NCBI GenBank assembly: GCA_035764935.1
Contig: DASTYK010000089.1
Span: 10,732-74,731 of the forward strand
Length of the DNA stretch: 64,000 nucleotides
Direction: 5' to 3'
Origin: Longimicrobiales bacterium
GTDB taxonomy: Bacteria > Gemmatimonadota > Gemmatimonadetes > Longimicrobiales > RSA9
This document shows positions 19,978 through 31,602 of the stretch, one piece after another. The notes beneath the pieces are model-generated. The model was not told the origin of the DNA. It worked only from the letters and a program-made list of their open reading frames with translations, and ran no database searches. How positions within the stretch are numbered: the stretch's first letter is position 1; each line of letters begins with the position of its first letter. The translations under genes and the position numbers were made by a program.

Positions 19978-20384
19978 TGGCAAAGGTTCTGATCATGATG
20001 GGCTCGCAGTCCGACCGCGAGCGGATGGACAAGGCGGTGCCGATCCTCGAGGAGGCCGGTGTCCAGACGGAGGTCGTCGTTTCCAGCGCGCATCGCGACC
20101 CGGAGCAGACGGCGGCGATCGCGAGCACCGCCCAGGACAAGGGCTTCAGCGTCGTCATCTGCGGGGCAGGGCTTTCGGCCGCGCTGCCGGGCGTGGTTGC
20201 CGCGCACACGAAGCTGCCGGTCATCGGGGTGCCGCTGAACGCCGCGCTGGGCGGGCTGGACGCGCTGCTGTCGGTTGCGCAGATGCCCCCCGGCGTGCCC
20301 GTCGCGTGCGTCGGTATCGACAACGCCAAGAATGCGGCCCACCTCGCGCTGCGCATTCTGAGACTCGCAGGGCAGCTCGACTGA
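19977..20384 (+). CDS. purE: N5-carboxyaminoimidazole ribonucleotide mutase
   Basis: MAKVLIMMGSQSDRERM, SAHR and VIGVPL motifs. Overlaps the preceding stop in TGATG. Rather short at 135 aa. Confidence 0.85.
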   Translation: MAKVLIMMGSQSDRERMDKAVPILEEAGVQTEVVVSSAHRDPEQTAAIASTAQDKGFSVVICGAGLSAALPGVVAAHTKLPVIGVPLNAALGGLDALLSVAQMPPGVPVACVGIDNAKNAAHLALRILRLAGQLD

Positions 20385-20388
20385 CGCC

Positions 20389-20886
20389 ATGCGCGTCGGC
20401 ATCGGCTACGATTCCCACCGCTACGCCGCCGGGCGCGCTCTCGTGCTCGGCGGTGTTCGCATCGAATGGGAACAGGGGCTGGACGGTCACTCGGACGCGG
20501 ATGCGGTCGCGCACGCCGTGACCGACGCGCTGCTCGGTGCAGCGGCGCTGGGCGACATCGGCACCCACTTCCCGCCGAGCGACGAGCGCTGGAAGGATGC
20601 CGACTCCATCGGGCTGCTCGCCGCCGCACGCGATCTGCTCGAGGAAGTCAACTACCAGGTCGTCAACGTGGACGTCACCGTGATCTGCGACGGCCCGCGC
20701 ATCGGTCCACATGCCATGGGGATGCGCGAGCGCCTCGCGGGTGCGCTCGGGATCTCGCCCGCTCACGTCTCGGTGAAGGGCAAGACGAACGAGGGCATGG
20801 GCTGGATCGGCCGCAACGAAGGCATCGCTGCCATGGCCGTTGCGCTGATCGACACGGTCCCCGAGATCCCGCCCTTCGCGGCCTGA
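20389..20886 (+). CDS. ispF: 2-C-methyl-D-erythritol 2,4-cyclodiphosphate synthase
   Basis: MRVGIGYDSHR and GHSDADAVAHAVTDALLGAAALGDIG, the canonical zinc and substrate motifs. Confidence 0.95.
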   Translation: MRVGIGYDSHRYAAGRALVLGGVRIEWEQGLDGHSDADAVAHAVTDALLGAAALGDIGTHFPPSDERWKDADSIGLLAAARDLLEEVNYQVVNVDVTVICDGPRIGPHAMGMRERLAGALGISPAHVSVKGKTNEGMGWIGRNEGIAAMAVALIDTVPEIPPFAA

Positions 20887-20959
20887 GTCGACGCCCCCGG
20901 AGGGCCCCATCGAAGGCATCATCAACACGCTCGCCGGGCTGCCGCCCGTACTGCTCTAC

Positions 20960-21520
20960 GTGGCGATCGGAGCGGGCGCGGCGATCGAGAACATCGTACC
21001 GCCGATCCCGGCCGACACGTTCGTCCTGCTGGGCGCCTTCCTGGCCGCCGCGGGGCATGCCGACCTGTGGCTGGTGTTCGCGTGCACGCTCGTCCCCAAC
21101 GTCGCGTCGGCCACGTTCACCTACTGGCTGGCCCGCCGCCACGGCACGCGCTTTTTCGGCGGACGCGTCGGTCGCTGGCTGCTGAACGAGCGGCAGCTCG
21201 AGCACGTCGGGACGTTCTACCGGCGATGGGGCACCCCCGCGATCTTCGTCAGCAGGTTCCTGCCCGCGCTGCGGGCGGTCGTGCCGATCTTCGCGGGTGT
21301 GACCGACGTGTCCGCCCCGCGGCTGATCATCCCGCTGGTGCTGGCCTCCGCGCTCTGGTACGGTGCGCTCGTCTACATCGGTGGCGTGGTCGGCCGCAAC
21401 TGGGAGCAGATCATGGCGATCATGGACCAGGCGAGTGGCTGGCTGCTGGCGGTCGCCCTCGTGTTCATGGCCGCGATCGCCTGGTGGTGGATCAGGACAC
21501 GGCGCCACGAGCCGCGATGA
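20960..21520 (+). CDS. dedA: DedA/VTT-domain family membrane protein (N-terminus probably longer)
   Basis: IENIVPPIPADT and SRFLPALRAVVPIFAG motifs with several TM segments. The in-frame upstream sequence (EGIINTLAGLPPVLLY) looks like part of the protein but contains no ATG/GTG/TTG. Confidence 0.75.
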   Translation: MAIGAGAAIENIVPPIPADTFVLLGAFLAAAGHADLWLVFACTLVPNVASATFTYWLARRHGTRFFGGRVGRWLLNERQLEHVGTFYRRWGTPAIFVSRFLPALRAVVPIFAGVTDVSAPRLIIPLVLASALWYGALVYIGGVVGRNWEQIMAIMDQASGWLLAVALVFMAAIAWWWIRTRRHEPR

Positions 21521-22401
21521 AGGAGATCGACGCCTTTCTCGACCATCTCACGCTGGAGCGTGGGCTCTCACCGCGCACGATCGACGCGTACCGTCGCGAT
21601 CTGAGCGGCTGCTTCGCGTGGCTCGCGGAGCGCGGCGTGCAACGGCCGGGCGACGTCGGCGCGACCGAGCTGCGCGAGTACGTCTACCACCTCAAGGATC
21701 GGGGCCTGCAACCGACGTCGATCCGCCGTGCGCTGTCCGCCCTGCGCACGTTCTACGGCTGGCTCGTGGGCGAAGGCCTCGCGCTCATGGATCCGACGGA
21801 GCGTGTCGAGCTGCCGCGTACGTGGCGGCGACTGCCCGGCGCGCTGGCCCGCGAGGAGGTCGAACGGCTGCTGGAATCGCCGGATCCGGCCGAGAAGCTG
21901 TACTGGCGTGACAAGGCGATGCTGGAGTTTGCGTACGCATCCGGTGTGCGCGTGGGGGAACTGACCACCATCAAGGTGCGCGACGTCCTGTTCGAGGACG
22001 GCCTGGCCGTCGTGTTCGGCAAGGGCTCGAAAGAGCGGCTCGTGCCGGTCGGCCGGGCCGCGCTGCGCGCACTGGACGTCTACCTGCGCGAGATCCGGCC
22101 GCGCCTCGCGCGCGGCGACACGCAGGGCGTAATCTTCCTCAATGCGCGCGGGCAGCCGCTTTCGCGCATGGGCGTATGGAAGATCCTGCGCAAGCACGTC
22201 AGGCGCGCCAACATCCGCAAGCGGGTCACACCGCACACGCTGCGGCACTCGTTCGCGACCCACCTGCTGGAGGGGGGCGCCGACCTTGCCGCCGTGCAGG
22301 AAATGCTCGGCCACGCCGACATCGCGACCACGCAGGTGTACACGCACGTCGAGAGGGAGTACCTGCGACAGGTTCACCGCGAATTTCACCCACGGGCCTG
22401 A
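21517..22401 (+). CDS. xerD: Tyrosine recombinase XerC/XerD
   Basis: N-terminal SAM-like domain ([26 protein letters not shown]). The catalytic region carries [24 protein letters not shown] and a terminal HPRA. Confidence 0.85.
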   Translation: MKEIDAFLDHLTLERGLSPRTIDAYRRDLSGCFAWLAERGVQRPGDVGATELREYVYHLKDRGLQPTSIRRALSALRTFYGWLVGEGLALMDPTERVELPRTWRRLPGALAREEVERLLESPDPAEKLYWRDKAMLEFAYASGVRVGELTTIKVRDVLFEDGLAVVFGKGSKERLVPVGRAALRALDVYLREIRPRLARGDTQGVIFLNARGQPLSRMGVWKILRKHVRRANIRKRVTPHTLRHSFATHLLEGGADLAAVQEMLGHADIATTQVYTHVEREYLRQVHREFHPRA

Positions 22402-22402
22402 G

Positions 22403-22981
22403 ATGCTGCTGGTCATAGACAACTACGACTCCTTCACCTTCAACCTGGTCCAGTACCTGGGCGAGCTGGGGGTCGAGCCGGTGGTCCGGCGCAATGATGC
22501 GCTGAGCGTGGACGAGATCGAGGCACTCGCGCCGGAACGGATCGTGATCTCGCCCGGCCCCTGCACCCCGGCCGAGGCGGGCGTCAGCGTGGACGTGGTC
22601 CGGAGGCTCGGCAGCAGCACCCCGATCCTGGGGGTCTGCCTGGGGCACCAGGCGATCGGTGCCGCTTACGGTGCGGAAGTTGTAAGGAACCGTCGAACCA
22701 TGCACGGAAAGGTGTCGGCAATCCGGCATTCCGGTACGGGCATCTTCGAGGGACTTCCGTCACCACTGCGGGTGACGCGCTACCATTCCCTGGGTATCGC
22801 GCCGCACACTGTGCCGGCGGACCTGGAGGTCATTGCGGTCACGGATGAGGATGGATGGGAAGACGAGATCCAGGCGGTGAGGCACCGCAGGCATCCGGTG
22901 TGGGGCGTGCAGTTCCACCCGGAATCGATCGCGAGCGAGTCGGGGCACGCGCTGCTGCGAAACTTTCTGACGCTTTCCTGA
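22403..22981 (+). CDS. trpG: Anthranilate/aminodeoxychorismate synthase component II (class I glutamine amidotransferase)
   Basis: [29 protein letters not shown] and QFHPES motifs. Confidence 0.88.
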   Translation: MLLVIDNYDSFTFNLVQYLGELGVEPVVRRNDALSVDEIEALAPERIVISPGPCTPAEAGVSVDVVRRLGSSTPILGVCLGHQAIGAAYGAEVVRNRRTMHGKVSAIRHSGTGIFEGLPSPLRVTRYHSLGIAPHTVPADLEVIAVTDEDGWEDEIQAVRHRRHPVWGVQFHPESIASESGHALLRNFLTLS

Positions 22982-22986
22982 CCCGC

Positions 22987-24486
22987 ATGCGCGCCCGCGC
23001 CACCGCGGTCGTGCTGCTCGGCGTGCTCGCGACCGCGGCGTCGCAGGCGGCCGCGCAGCAGGTCGAGCGCACGGGCCGCGGGCTCCACGGCTACGATCAG
23101 CAGCTCGACAGCGTCCTGGCCGGGAGCTACACGCTGGTGTCCGCCAACCGCCTGATCGAGAACGGCGAGACCGTGCGCGGCACCGTGCTCGTTGCCGGTG
23201 CAACGCTGCGCGTCAACGGCACGATCGACGGCGACGTATGGATTGTTGACGGCAACGTCTTTCTGCGGCCGACCGCCGTCGTAACCGGCACCGTGTATAA
23301 CCTGGGCGGCGGGTACTTCCCGAGCGAGCAGGCGCGCGTGGCGGGCGTGCAGGACGAGCCGTTCGCGCCCTACGAGGTCGAGCGCCGCGAAGACGGCTCG
23401 CTCCGCATCGTCGGCACGCGTCAGCGCTCCATGCTCGTGCTGGACGGGTTCCGCGGCGTGCGACTCCCCACGTACGATCGCGTCGATGGCCTCACGCTCG
23501 GCATGGGCGCCGGGTTCCTCACGCCGCCGATCGGCTCCATCGAACCGATGCTGCGCGGCCGGGTCGAGTACCGCTTCGAGCGAGGCGAGTTCACCGGTGG
23601 CGGCGAAGCGAGCGCGACCAGGGGGCGCACTACTCTCGCCGTCGGTGCGGAGCGCACCACCGCCACCGAGGACCGGTGGATCCGCGGTGACCTGACGAAC
23701 AGCATTTCCGTGCTCTGGGACGGCGACGATCACCGCAACTACTACCAGAGCGATCGCGGCTGGGTCGAGCTCAGGCGCGTGCTCGAGGAGCGGCCGCACC
23801 GCGATACGGACGCGTTCGTCCGGCTCCAGGTCGAGGACGCAACCTCACTCGAGGCCGGTGACCCGTGGATGATCCGCGAGCCCGACTCGATCCGTCCGAA
23901 TCCCGCGGTGCCGGAGATCCGGATCACCAGCATCGTCGCGGGCGGCCTCATGTCCTGGGAGCAGCCACGACTCGATGCAGAGCTCGAGGCGGAAGCAGAG
24001 TTCGCCATCGACGCGTTTGACGGCGAGCGCAGCTTCAACCGCTTCGTGATCAATGGCGCCGCAGCCGTGCCCGCACTGGCAGATCACACGATCTCGCTGC
24101 AGGTCCACTGGCGCGCTCCGCTTCCCGGCACCGACTCGCTGCCGCGGCAGCGCTGGAGCATGGTCGGCGGATCCGGAACGCTGCCCACGTTCGACATCGG
24201 CGAGTTCCAGGGCGACCGCGTCGTGTTTGCCGAGATCCGCTACATGATCCCGCTGCCCGAATACCTGCGCATCCCCTACGTGGGCGTTCCCAGCTTCAAC
24301 CTGCTGCACGCGTCGGGCACTGCATGGACCTACGAGCAGTCGCGTGCCGTCCGACACAACTTCGGGGCCGAGCTCCGCTGGCCCTTCTTCTACGCCCGCG
24401 CCCTCTTCGACCCCGAGGAGATCGACGACCCCAAGCTGAACGTGGGCGTTTCCTTCCCGCGCCGGTCGCTGCCGTGGACCCGCTGA
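22987..24486 (+). CDS. Secreted hypothetical protein with an N-terminal bactofilin-like beta-helix segment and an Omp85-like C-terminal region
   Basis: Signal peptide MRARATAVVLLGVLATAASQAAAQQ. The segment GTVLVAGATLRVNGTIDGDVWIVDGNVFLRPTAVVTGTVYNLGG resembles polymer-forming (bactofilin-type) repeats. The C-terminus GGSGTLPTFDIGEFQGDRVVFAEIRYMIPLP...LLHASGTAW resembles the Omp85 barrel motif. Confidence 0.4.
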   Translation: MRARATAVVLLGVLATAASQAAAQQVERTGRGLHGYDQQLDSVLAGSYTLVSANRLIENGETVRGTVLVAGATLRVNGTIDGDVWIVDGNVFLRPTAVVTGTVYNLGGGYFPSEQARVAGVQDEPFAPYEVERREDGSLRIVGTRQRSMLVLDGFRGVRLPTYDRVDGLTLGMGAGFLTPPIGSIEPMLRGRVEYRFERGEFTGGGEASATRGRTTLAVGAERTTATEDRWIRGDLTNSISVLWDGDDHRNYYQSDRGWVELRRVLEERPHRDTDAFVRLQVEDATSLEAGDPWMIREPDSIRPNPAVPEIRITSIVAGGLMSWEQPRLDAELEAEAEFAIDAFDGERSFNRFVINGAAAVPALADHTISLQVHWRAPLPGTDSLPRQRWSMVGGSGTLPTFDIGEFQGDRVVFAEIRYMIPLPEYLRIPYVGVPSFNLLHASGTAWTYEQSRAVRHNFGAELRWPFFYARALFDPEEIDDPKLNVGVSFPRRSLPWTR

Positions 24487-24575
24487 GCGGCACCGCCTGA
24501 GCGGACCGGCAGCGGGGCAGCGCCATCCTTTCGAGGGTGCGGGCTGCCCAGCCTGCCGGGATGATGCAGCGCCTT

Positions 24576-24604
24576 TTGACACCGTCCGCCCCGCCGGTTA
24601 CATT
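24576..24604 (+). promoter_or_regulatory. Sigma-70-type promoter upstream of the kdsB-pyrG operon
   Basis: TTGACA (24576-24581), an exact 17-nt spacer and TACATT (24599-24604). Confidence 0.55.
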
Positions 24605-24619
24605 CGGAGTTGGTCTGTA

Positions 24620-24655
24620 CGGCGCGGATCTTGCGTACGCGCCGCCCCTTTTTTT
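24620..24655 (+). terminator. Leader hairpin plus T7 run (attenuator/terminator candidate), which also matches GGC-N7-TTGC
   Basis: Stem CGGCGCG (24620-24626) / CGCGCCG (24638-24644) with an 11-nt loop, then CCCC and TTTTTTT (24649-24655). It lies between the 24576 promoter and the kdsB GTG at 24682. The same bases read CGGCGCGGATCTTGCG, which is -24/-12-like. Confidence 0.4.
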
Positions 24656-24681
24656 GTGGACACCGGGAGGTCCGGAACGAC

Positions 24682-25464
24682 GTGAGCGGAGGACGTGTGC
24701 TCGGCGTCATTCCGGCCAGGCTGGGCTCGGAGCGGCTGCCGCGAAAGCCGCTGCACCTGCTGGCCGGGCGCCCGCTGATCGAGTGGGTGTGGCGCCGTGT
24801 CTCCGCGATGGACGTGCTGGACGCCTGCGTGGTCGCGACGGACTCGGAGGAAGTGGCTGCGGCGTGTCGAACGGTGGGCGCGGACGTCGTCCTGACGGCG
24901 GCGTCGCATCCCTCCGGTACCGACCGTGTGGCCGAAGTTGCGGCGCGGCCCGAATACACGGATGTTCGCGTCGTCGTGAATGTGCAGGGGGACGAGCCGT
25001 TCGTGGCAGCGTCCCACGTGGCGGCTGCGGTCGCGCTGGTCGATGCGGGCTGGCCGGTGGGGACGGTCGCAGCACCGTTGCGCGAGACGCGCGCGTACAG
25101 GGACTCGGCAGTCGTGAAGGTCGTGCGGCGCCCGGACGGCGCCGCACTTTATTTTTCCAGGTCCGCGGTTCCGCATGTCCGAGGGCGCGAGCCGACCGAC
25201 GACGAGCTTGCCTCGGCGCGCTTTCTTCGCCACATCGGGTTGTACGCATACTCGCCTGATGCACTGCGCCGCTGGGTCGACCTGGAGCCGAGTGGGCTGG
25301 AGGAGCTGGAGCGACTGGAGCAGCTTCGTCCGCTGGAAGCGGGCATTGCGATCGGAGTTGCCGTCGTCGATGGAGCGGAGGGCGGCGTGGACACGCCGGA
25401 AGACGCGCGGGTTGCTGAAGAGCGCCTGCTCAGGATGGAACCGGAAACACCAACCGTGCGCTGA
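24682..25464 (+). CDS. kdsB: 3-deoxy-manno-octulosonate cytidylyltransferase (CMP-KDO synthetase)
   Basis: VLGVIPARLGSERLPRKPL and VNVQGDEP motifs. The start is placed at the GTG at 24682, behind the SD GGGAGG. Confidence 0.9.
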   Translation: MSGGRVLGVIPARLGSERLPRKPLHLLAGRPLIEWVWRRVSAMDVLDACVVATDSEEVAAACRTVGADVVLTAASHPSGTDRVAEVAARPEYTDVRVVVNVQGDEPFVAASHVAAAVALVDAGWPVGTVAAPLRETRAYRDSAVVKVVRRPDGAALYFSRSAVPHVRGREPTDDELASARFLRHIGLYAYSPDALRRWVDLEPSGLEELERLEQLRPLEAGIAIGVAVVDGAEGGVDTPEDARVAEERLLRMEPETPTVR

Positions 25465-27975
<2,511 letters not shown>

Positions 27976-27983
<8 letters not shown>

Positions 27984-28560
27984 GACGACGCACACGTCCG
28001 GCATGCCGCGTGACCTGGCAGCGCGCGTGCGCCTCGTCATCTTCGACGTCGACGGCGTGCTCACCGATGCGGGCGTCTACCTCGGACACACCGGGTCCGG
28101 CGAGCCGATCGAGCTGAAGCGCTTCGACATCGTGGACGGTCTCGGCCTGCACCTCCTGCTCTATGCGGGTCTGCGTGTCGGCATCGTGAGCGGTCGCGTC
28201 TCCTCGGCCAACCGCCTGCGCGCCGAGGAGCTCGGCCTGCCGTACCACGAGGGGCCGGGCGGCCACAAGCTGCAGGCGGCGGAGGCGCTGATCGCGCACG
28301 AGAACGTCGGCTGGGACGAGGTCGCCGTGCTCTGCGACGACCTGCCCGATCTGCCGCTGCTCAAGCGCGCCGTTCTCCCCGCGGCGGTGGCGAACGCCGT
28401 ACCCGAGGTGCACGCGCTCGCACGCTGGCGCACGACCAGGCTCGGCGGACGGGGCGCTGCGCGCGAGTTCTGCGACGCACTCCTGCACGCGCGTGGCGAC
28501 TACGAACGTGCGCTCGCGCGCTACACCAGCGAGCGCGACGCGGAGGCGGCGACGCGATGA
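27976..28560 (+). CDS. kdsC: KDO-8-phosphate phosphatase (HAD superfamily)
   Basis: Carries the FDVDGVLTD HAD motif I. Its size (194 aa) and its position between kdsA and kdsD fit the call. Confidence 0.8.
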
Positions 28561-29576
28561 CTGCGCGCGACCCGCACCCGACCCACGCGGCCGCCGTTGC
28601 CGACGCACCGCCGTCCGGGCCCGAGCTGCTGGAGGCCGCACGGCGGGTGGTGCGGCAGGAGGCCGCAGCCGTCGGTGCCCTCGAAGCGCGCATCGATGGC
28701 GCGTTCCACGATGCCGTGGAGCGCATCGCCGCGGCGAAGGGACGTGTCGTGGTGAGCGGGATCGGCAAGAGCGGCATCATCGCGCGCAAGATCGCCGCGA
28801 CCATGACGTCCACAGGGACGCCCGCGATCTTCCTTCACCCGGTCGAGGGGCTGCACGGCGACCTGGGCATCGTCGGCCGCGACGATGTCGCGATCCTGCT
28901 TTCCAAGAGCGGTGAATCCGGCGAGCTGAACGCCCTGATCGAGGTGTTCGAGCGGCTGGGAGTCACGACGATTGCCCTGACCGGACGGCTGGACTCGTCG
29001 CTCGCGCGCAGTGCGGACATCGTGCTCGACTGCTCGGTGAGCGAGGAGGCGTGCCCGCACGACCTGGCGCCCACGACGTCCACCACCGTCACCCTGGTGA
29101 TGGGCGACGCACTCGCCGTGGCCCTGCTGCTCCGGCGCGGGTTCAGCCGCGAGGATTTCGCCCAGCTGCATCCGGGCGGGCTGCTCGGCCGCAAGCTCAC
29201 GGTCCGGGTGCGTGACGTGATGCTCGACGATGAGCTGCCGCTGCTCTCGCCCGAAGCCAGCATGCGCACCTGCGTCGTCGCCCTCGCCGAGAAGCGTGGC
29301 ACGGTGGCCGTCGTGGACGGCGCACGCCGCCTGGTCGGTGTCGTCACCGCCGGCGACCTGACCCGGCTCATGGAGCGTGAGCAGGACGTCTTCGGTATCC
29401 GGGTCGAGGAAGTGATGAACCGCTCACCCAAGACCACGGAGCCGGATGCGCTGGCTGCCTCCGCCGTGTACGTGATGGAGACACACGGCGTCATGGCGCT
29501 CCCCGTGATCGATGCGGAACGACGGGTCGTCGGAATCGTGCACCTGCACGACCTTCTCAGGGCCAGCGTGGTATAA
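28557..29576 (+). CDS. kdsD: Arabinose-5-phosphate isomerase (KpsF/GutQ family, SIS domain plus two CBS domains)
   Basis: SGIGKSGIIARKIAATMTSTGTPA SIS motif and a C-terminal CBS pair. Confidence 0.9.
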   Translation: MTARDPHPTHAAAVADAPPSGPELLEAARRVVRQEAAAVGALEARIDGAFHDAVERIAAAKGRVVVSGIGKSGIIARKIAATMTSTGTPAIFLHPVEGLHGDLGIVGRDDVAILLSKSGESGELNALIEVFERLGVTTIALTGRLDSSLARSADIVLDCSVSEEACPHDLAPTTSTTVTLVMGDALAVALLLRRGFSREDFAQLHPGGLLGRKLTVRVRDVMLDDELPLLSPEASMRTCVVALAEKRGTVAVVDGARRLVGVVTAGDLTRLMEREQDVFGIRVEEVMNRSPKTTEPDALAASAVYVMETHGVMALPVIDAERRVVGIVHLHDLLRASVV

Positions 29577-30124
29577 TGAGAGGTATGAAGCACTTACGCC
29601 TTCTCGCCTGGCTCGCTTTCGCACCCGTCGCGCTGGCCTGCGAGGCCGATGCCGGGCCGGTCGGCGCGGGCTTTCAGCCGCTGCCCTCCGACGTCGTGCT
29701 GACCGACGTGACGCACAACATCACGTCGGAAGGCGTGCGTTACGCGAAGCTCGTCTCTGATTCGGTCTACCAGTACCAGGACAGCTCGACGGTCGCACTC
29801 TTCGGCGTGGACCTGACGCTGTACGACGCCAGCGGGAACGTGTCGGCCACGGTGACCTCGCTCTTCGGCGACCTGAACGAGCGAACCAACGAGATGGTCG
29901 CGCGCGGCAATGTCGTGGTGCTGCGCGCCAATGACACCGAGCGGATCGAGACGGACGAGCTGCACTACAATCCGCAGACGCATCGGATCTGGAGCGACGT
30001 CCACACGACGCGCACGGTGGATGGCTGCACGCAGGAGGGTGACGGCGTGCAGACCGACGACCAGTTCCGGTCCGTTACGCTGGAGAACGCGCGCGGCTGT
30101 CTGCCGGGGAACATCGTCTTCTGA
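29576..30124 (+). CDS. lptC: LptC-like LPS export protein
   Basis: 182 aa with an N-terminal hydrophobic anchor/signal (LLAWLAFAPVALAC). It is beta-rich and sits in the conserved position between kdsD and lptA/lptB. The call rests mainly on synteny. Confidence 0.55.
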   Translation: MRGMKHLRLLAWLAFAPVALACEADAGPVGAGFQPLPSDVVLTDVTHNITSEGVRYAKLVSDSVYQYQDSSTVALFGVDLTLYDASGNVSATVTSLFGDLNERTNEMVARGNVVVLRANDTERIETDELHYNPQTHRIWSDVHTTRTVDGCTQEGDGVQTDDQFRSVTLENARGCLPGNIVF

Positions 30125-31602
30125 TGTGGGTGCGCTGCGTCCTTCCGGTCTGCGTGCTGCTCGCGCTCCCCGTCGCTGCGTACGCGCAGCAGGGCAGGGG
30201 CTGCGAGCTGGTGCGCTCACAGGGGACGACGCGCTCGTTCAACCTGAATACGCCCTTCCAGGTCGACCACATTCCGTATCCCGTCTTTTCCTGCGAAGGC
30301 GGACTCAGGATCTCGGCGGACAGCGCGGTGTTCATGCACAGCACCCGCCAGGTCTCGCTCTTCCGGAACGTTCTGTACGCTGACACGACCCGCTCGCTGG
30401 TGGCCGACCGCGCGCAGTACAACAGCGCTCAGCGTCACCTCGCCGCCGAGGGCAGCGTCGTACTCCTCGATCTGGCCACAGGCTCGCGCATCGATTCGCC
30501 GACCCTGGACTACTTCGAGGCCATGGAGGGGCGTCCGCAGTCGACTGTCGAGATCTACAGCGGCCGGCCGCGCACCAGCGTGGTGCGCGAGGTGGTGGAC
30601 GAGGGTCTGCCGCGCAGCGACACGACTGTGGTCGATGCCGATGCCCTGACCATCGTGGGCGAGGATGCGTTCCACTACCGTGGCAACGTCGTGATCACCG
30701 GGACGGACCTGCACGCCACGAGCGGCTTCGCCGACTTCCTCCAGGGCGGTGCGCGTGTCGAGCTCAGGACGGGCGCGCGCGTCACGTCGGAGGACGTGGT
30801 GCTGAACGGCGACACCATCATTGCGCTGCAGGACACCATTGCGGGTGAGCTGCGGGAAGTGGATGCACGGGGCAGTGCGCGTCTCGACTCCGAGGAGATC
30901 GACGTCGCGGCGCCCGCGATCCGGACATACTTCGAAGAGGGCGCCGTGAACCGGCTCGTGGCGCTGGGTCGCGGCGGTGCGCCCGGCGCAGCAATCGAGC
31001 AGGCGTATGCGTTTTCCGAGCAGTTCAACCTGAACGCTGACTCGATCGATGCGCTGCTTCCCGGTCAGCGAATCGAGGAAGTCACCGCGGTGGGCAACGC
31101 CTACGGTGAGCGGCTCGCCGAGGACGACTCGACACGCATCCAGGTCGCACCCGTCACGCCGCAGGACTCCGCCGTTGCACGGCTGCTCGCCCACGACTGG
31201 GTGCGCGGCGACACGATCCGCGCGTTCTTCGCGGACGCCGCGCCCGCCGATTCAGCGGGGGCAGCGATCGGCCTGGTGGCTGCGGCTGACACGGGCGCGG
31301 CGTTGCCGGACTCGCTTGCGCGGGTCATCGCGGGCGAGCCGGTGGCGACACCGGCCGACACGACAGAGCGCGTGCTCGAGCGCATCATCGCCCTCGGCGC
31401 GCCCGCCCGCGCCGCGAACCGCATGGTGAACGAGGATCGTCCCGACGAGCCGGCGGGGATCAGCTACATCACCGCGCAGCGCATCACGGTCGAGATCCGC
31501 GACGGTGCGATCGACACCGTGGAGGCGGAGGGGGATGTGAAGGGCGTGTACCTGCAGCCTCCGGGAAACCAGGGCACCGTTGCGTCAGGAGGGCGACCGT
31601 GA
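30124..31602 (+). CDS. lptA: OstA/LptA-like periplasmic protein (extended, 492 aa)
   Basis: Signal peptide [23 protein letters not shown] and repeated OstA-like beta-jellyroll-type segments. It sits immediately upstream of lptB. Confidence 0.5.
   Translation: MWVRCVLPVCVLLALPVAAYAQQGRGCELVRSQGTTRSFNLNTPFQVDHIPYPVFSCEGGLRISADSAVFMHSTRQVSLFRNVLYADTTRSLVADRAQYNSAQRHLAAEGSVVLLDLATGSRIDSPTLDYFEAMEGRPQSTVEIYSGRPRTSVVREVVDEGLPRSDTTVVDADALTIVGEDAFHYRGNVVITGTDLHATSGFADFLQGGARVELRTGARVTSEDVVLNGDTIIALQDTIAGELREVDARGSARLDSEEIDVAAPAIRTYFEEGAVNRLVALGRGGAPGAAIEQAYAFSEQFNLNADSIDALLPGQRIEEVTAVGNAYGERLAEDDSTRIQVAPVTPQDSAVARLLAHDWVRGDTIRAFFADAAPADSAGAAIGLVAAADTGAALPDSLARVIAGEPVATPADTTERVLERIIALGAPARAANRMVNEDRPDEPAGISYITAQRITVEIRDGAIDTVEAEGDVKGVYLQPPGNQGTVASGGRP

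Noticed and set aside
21517-22401. The tyrosine recombinase as a marker of an integrated mobile element.
   Set aside because: Its sequence and length fit chromosomal XerC/XerD (HPRA C-terminus). It is translationally coupled to dedA and trpG, and I saw no flanking direct repeats, tRNA or phage/IS genes.
29576-29587. Alternative lptC start at the second ATG (29585, MKHLRLL).
   Set aside because: It cannot be resolved from the sequence. The GAGAGG just upstream is too close (1 nt) to act as an SD for 29585, and the first ATG overlaps the kdsD stop (TAATG), so the first ATG is kept.
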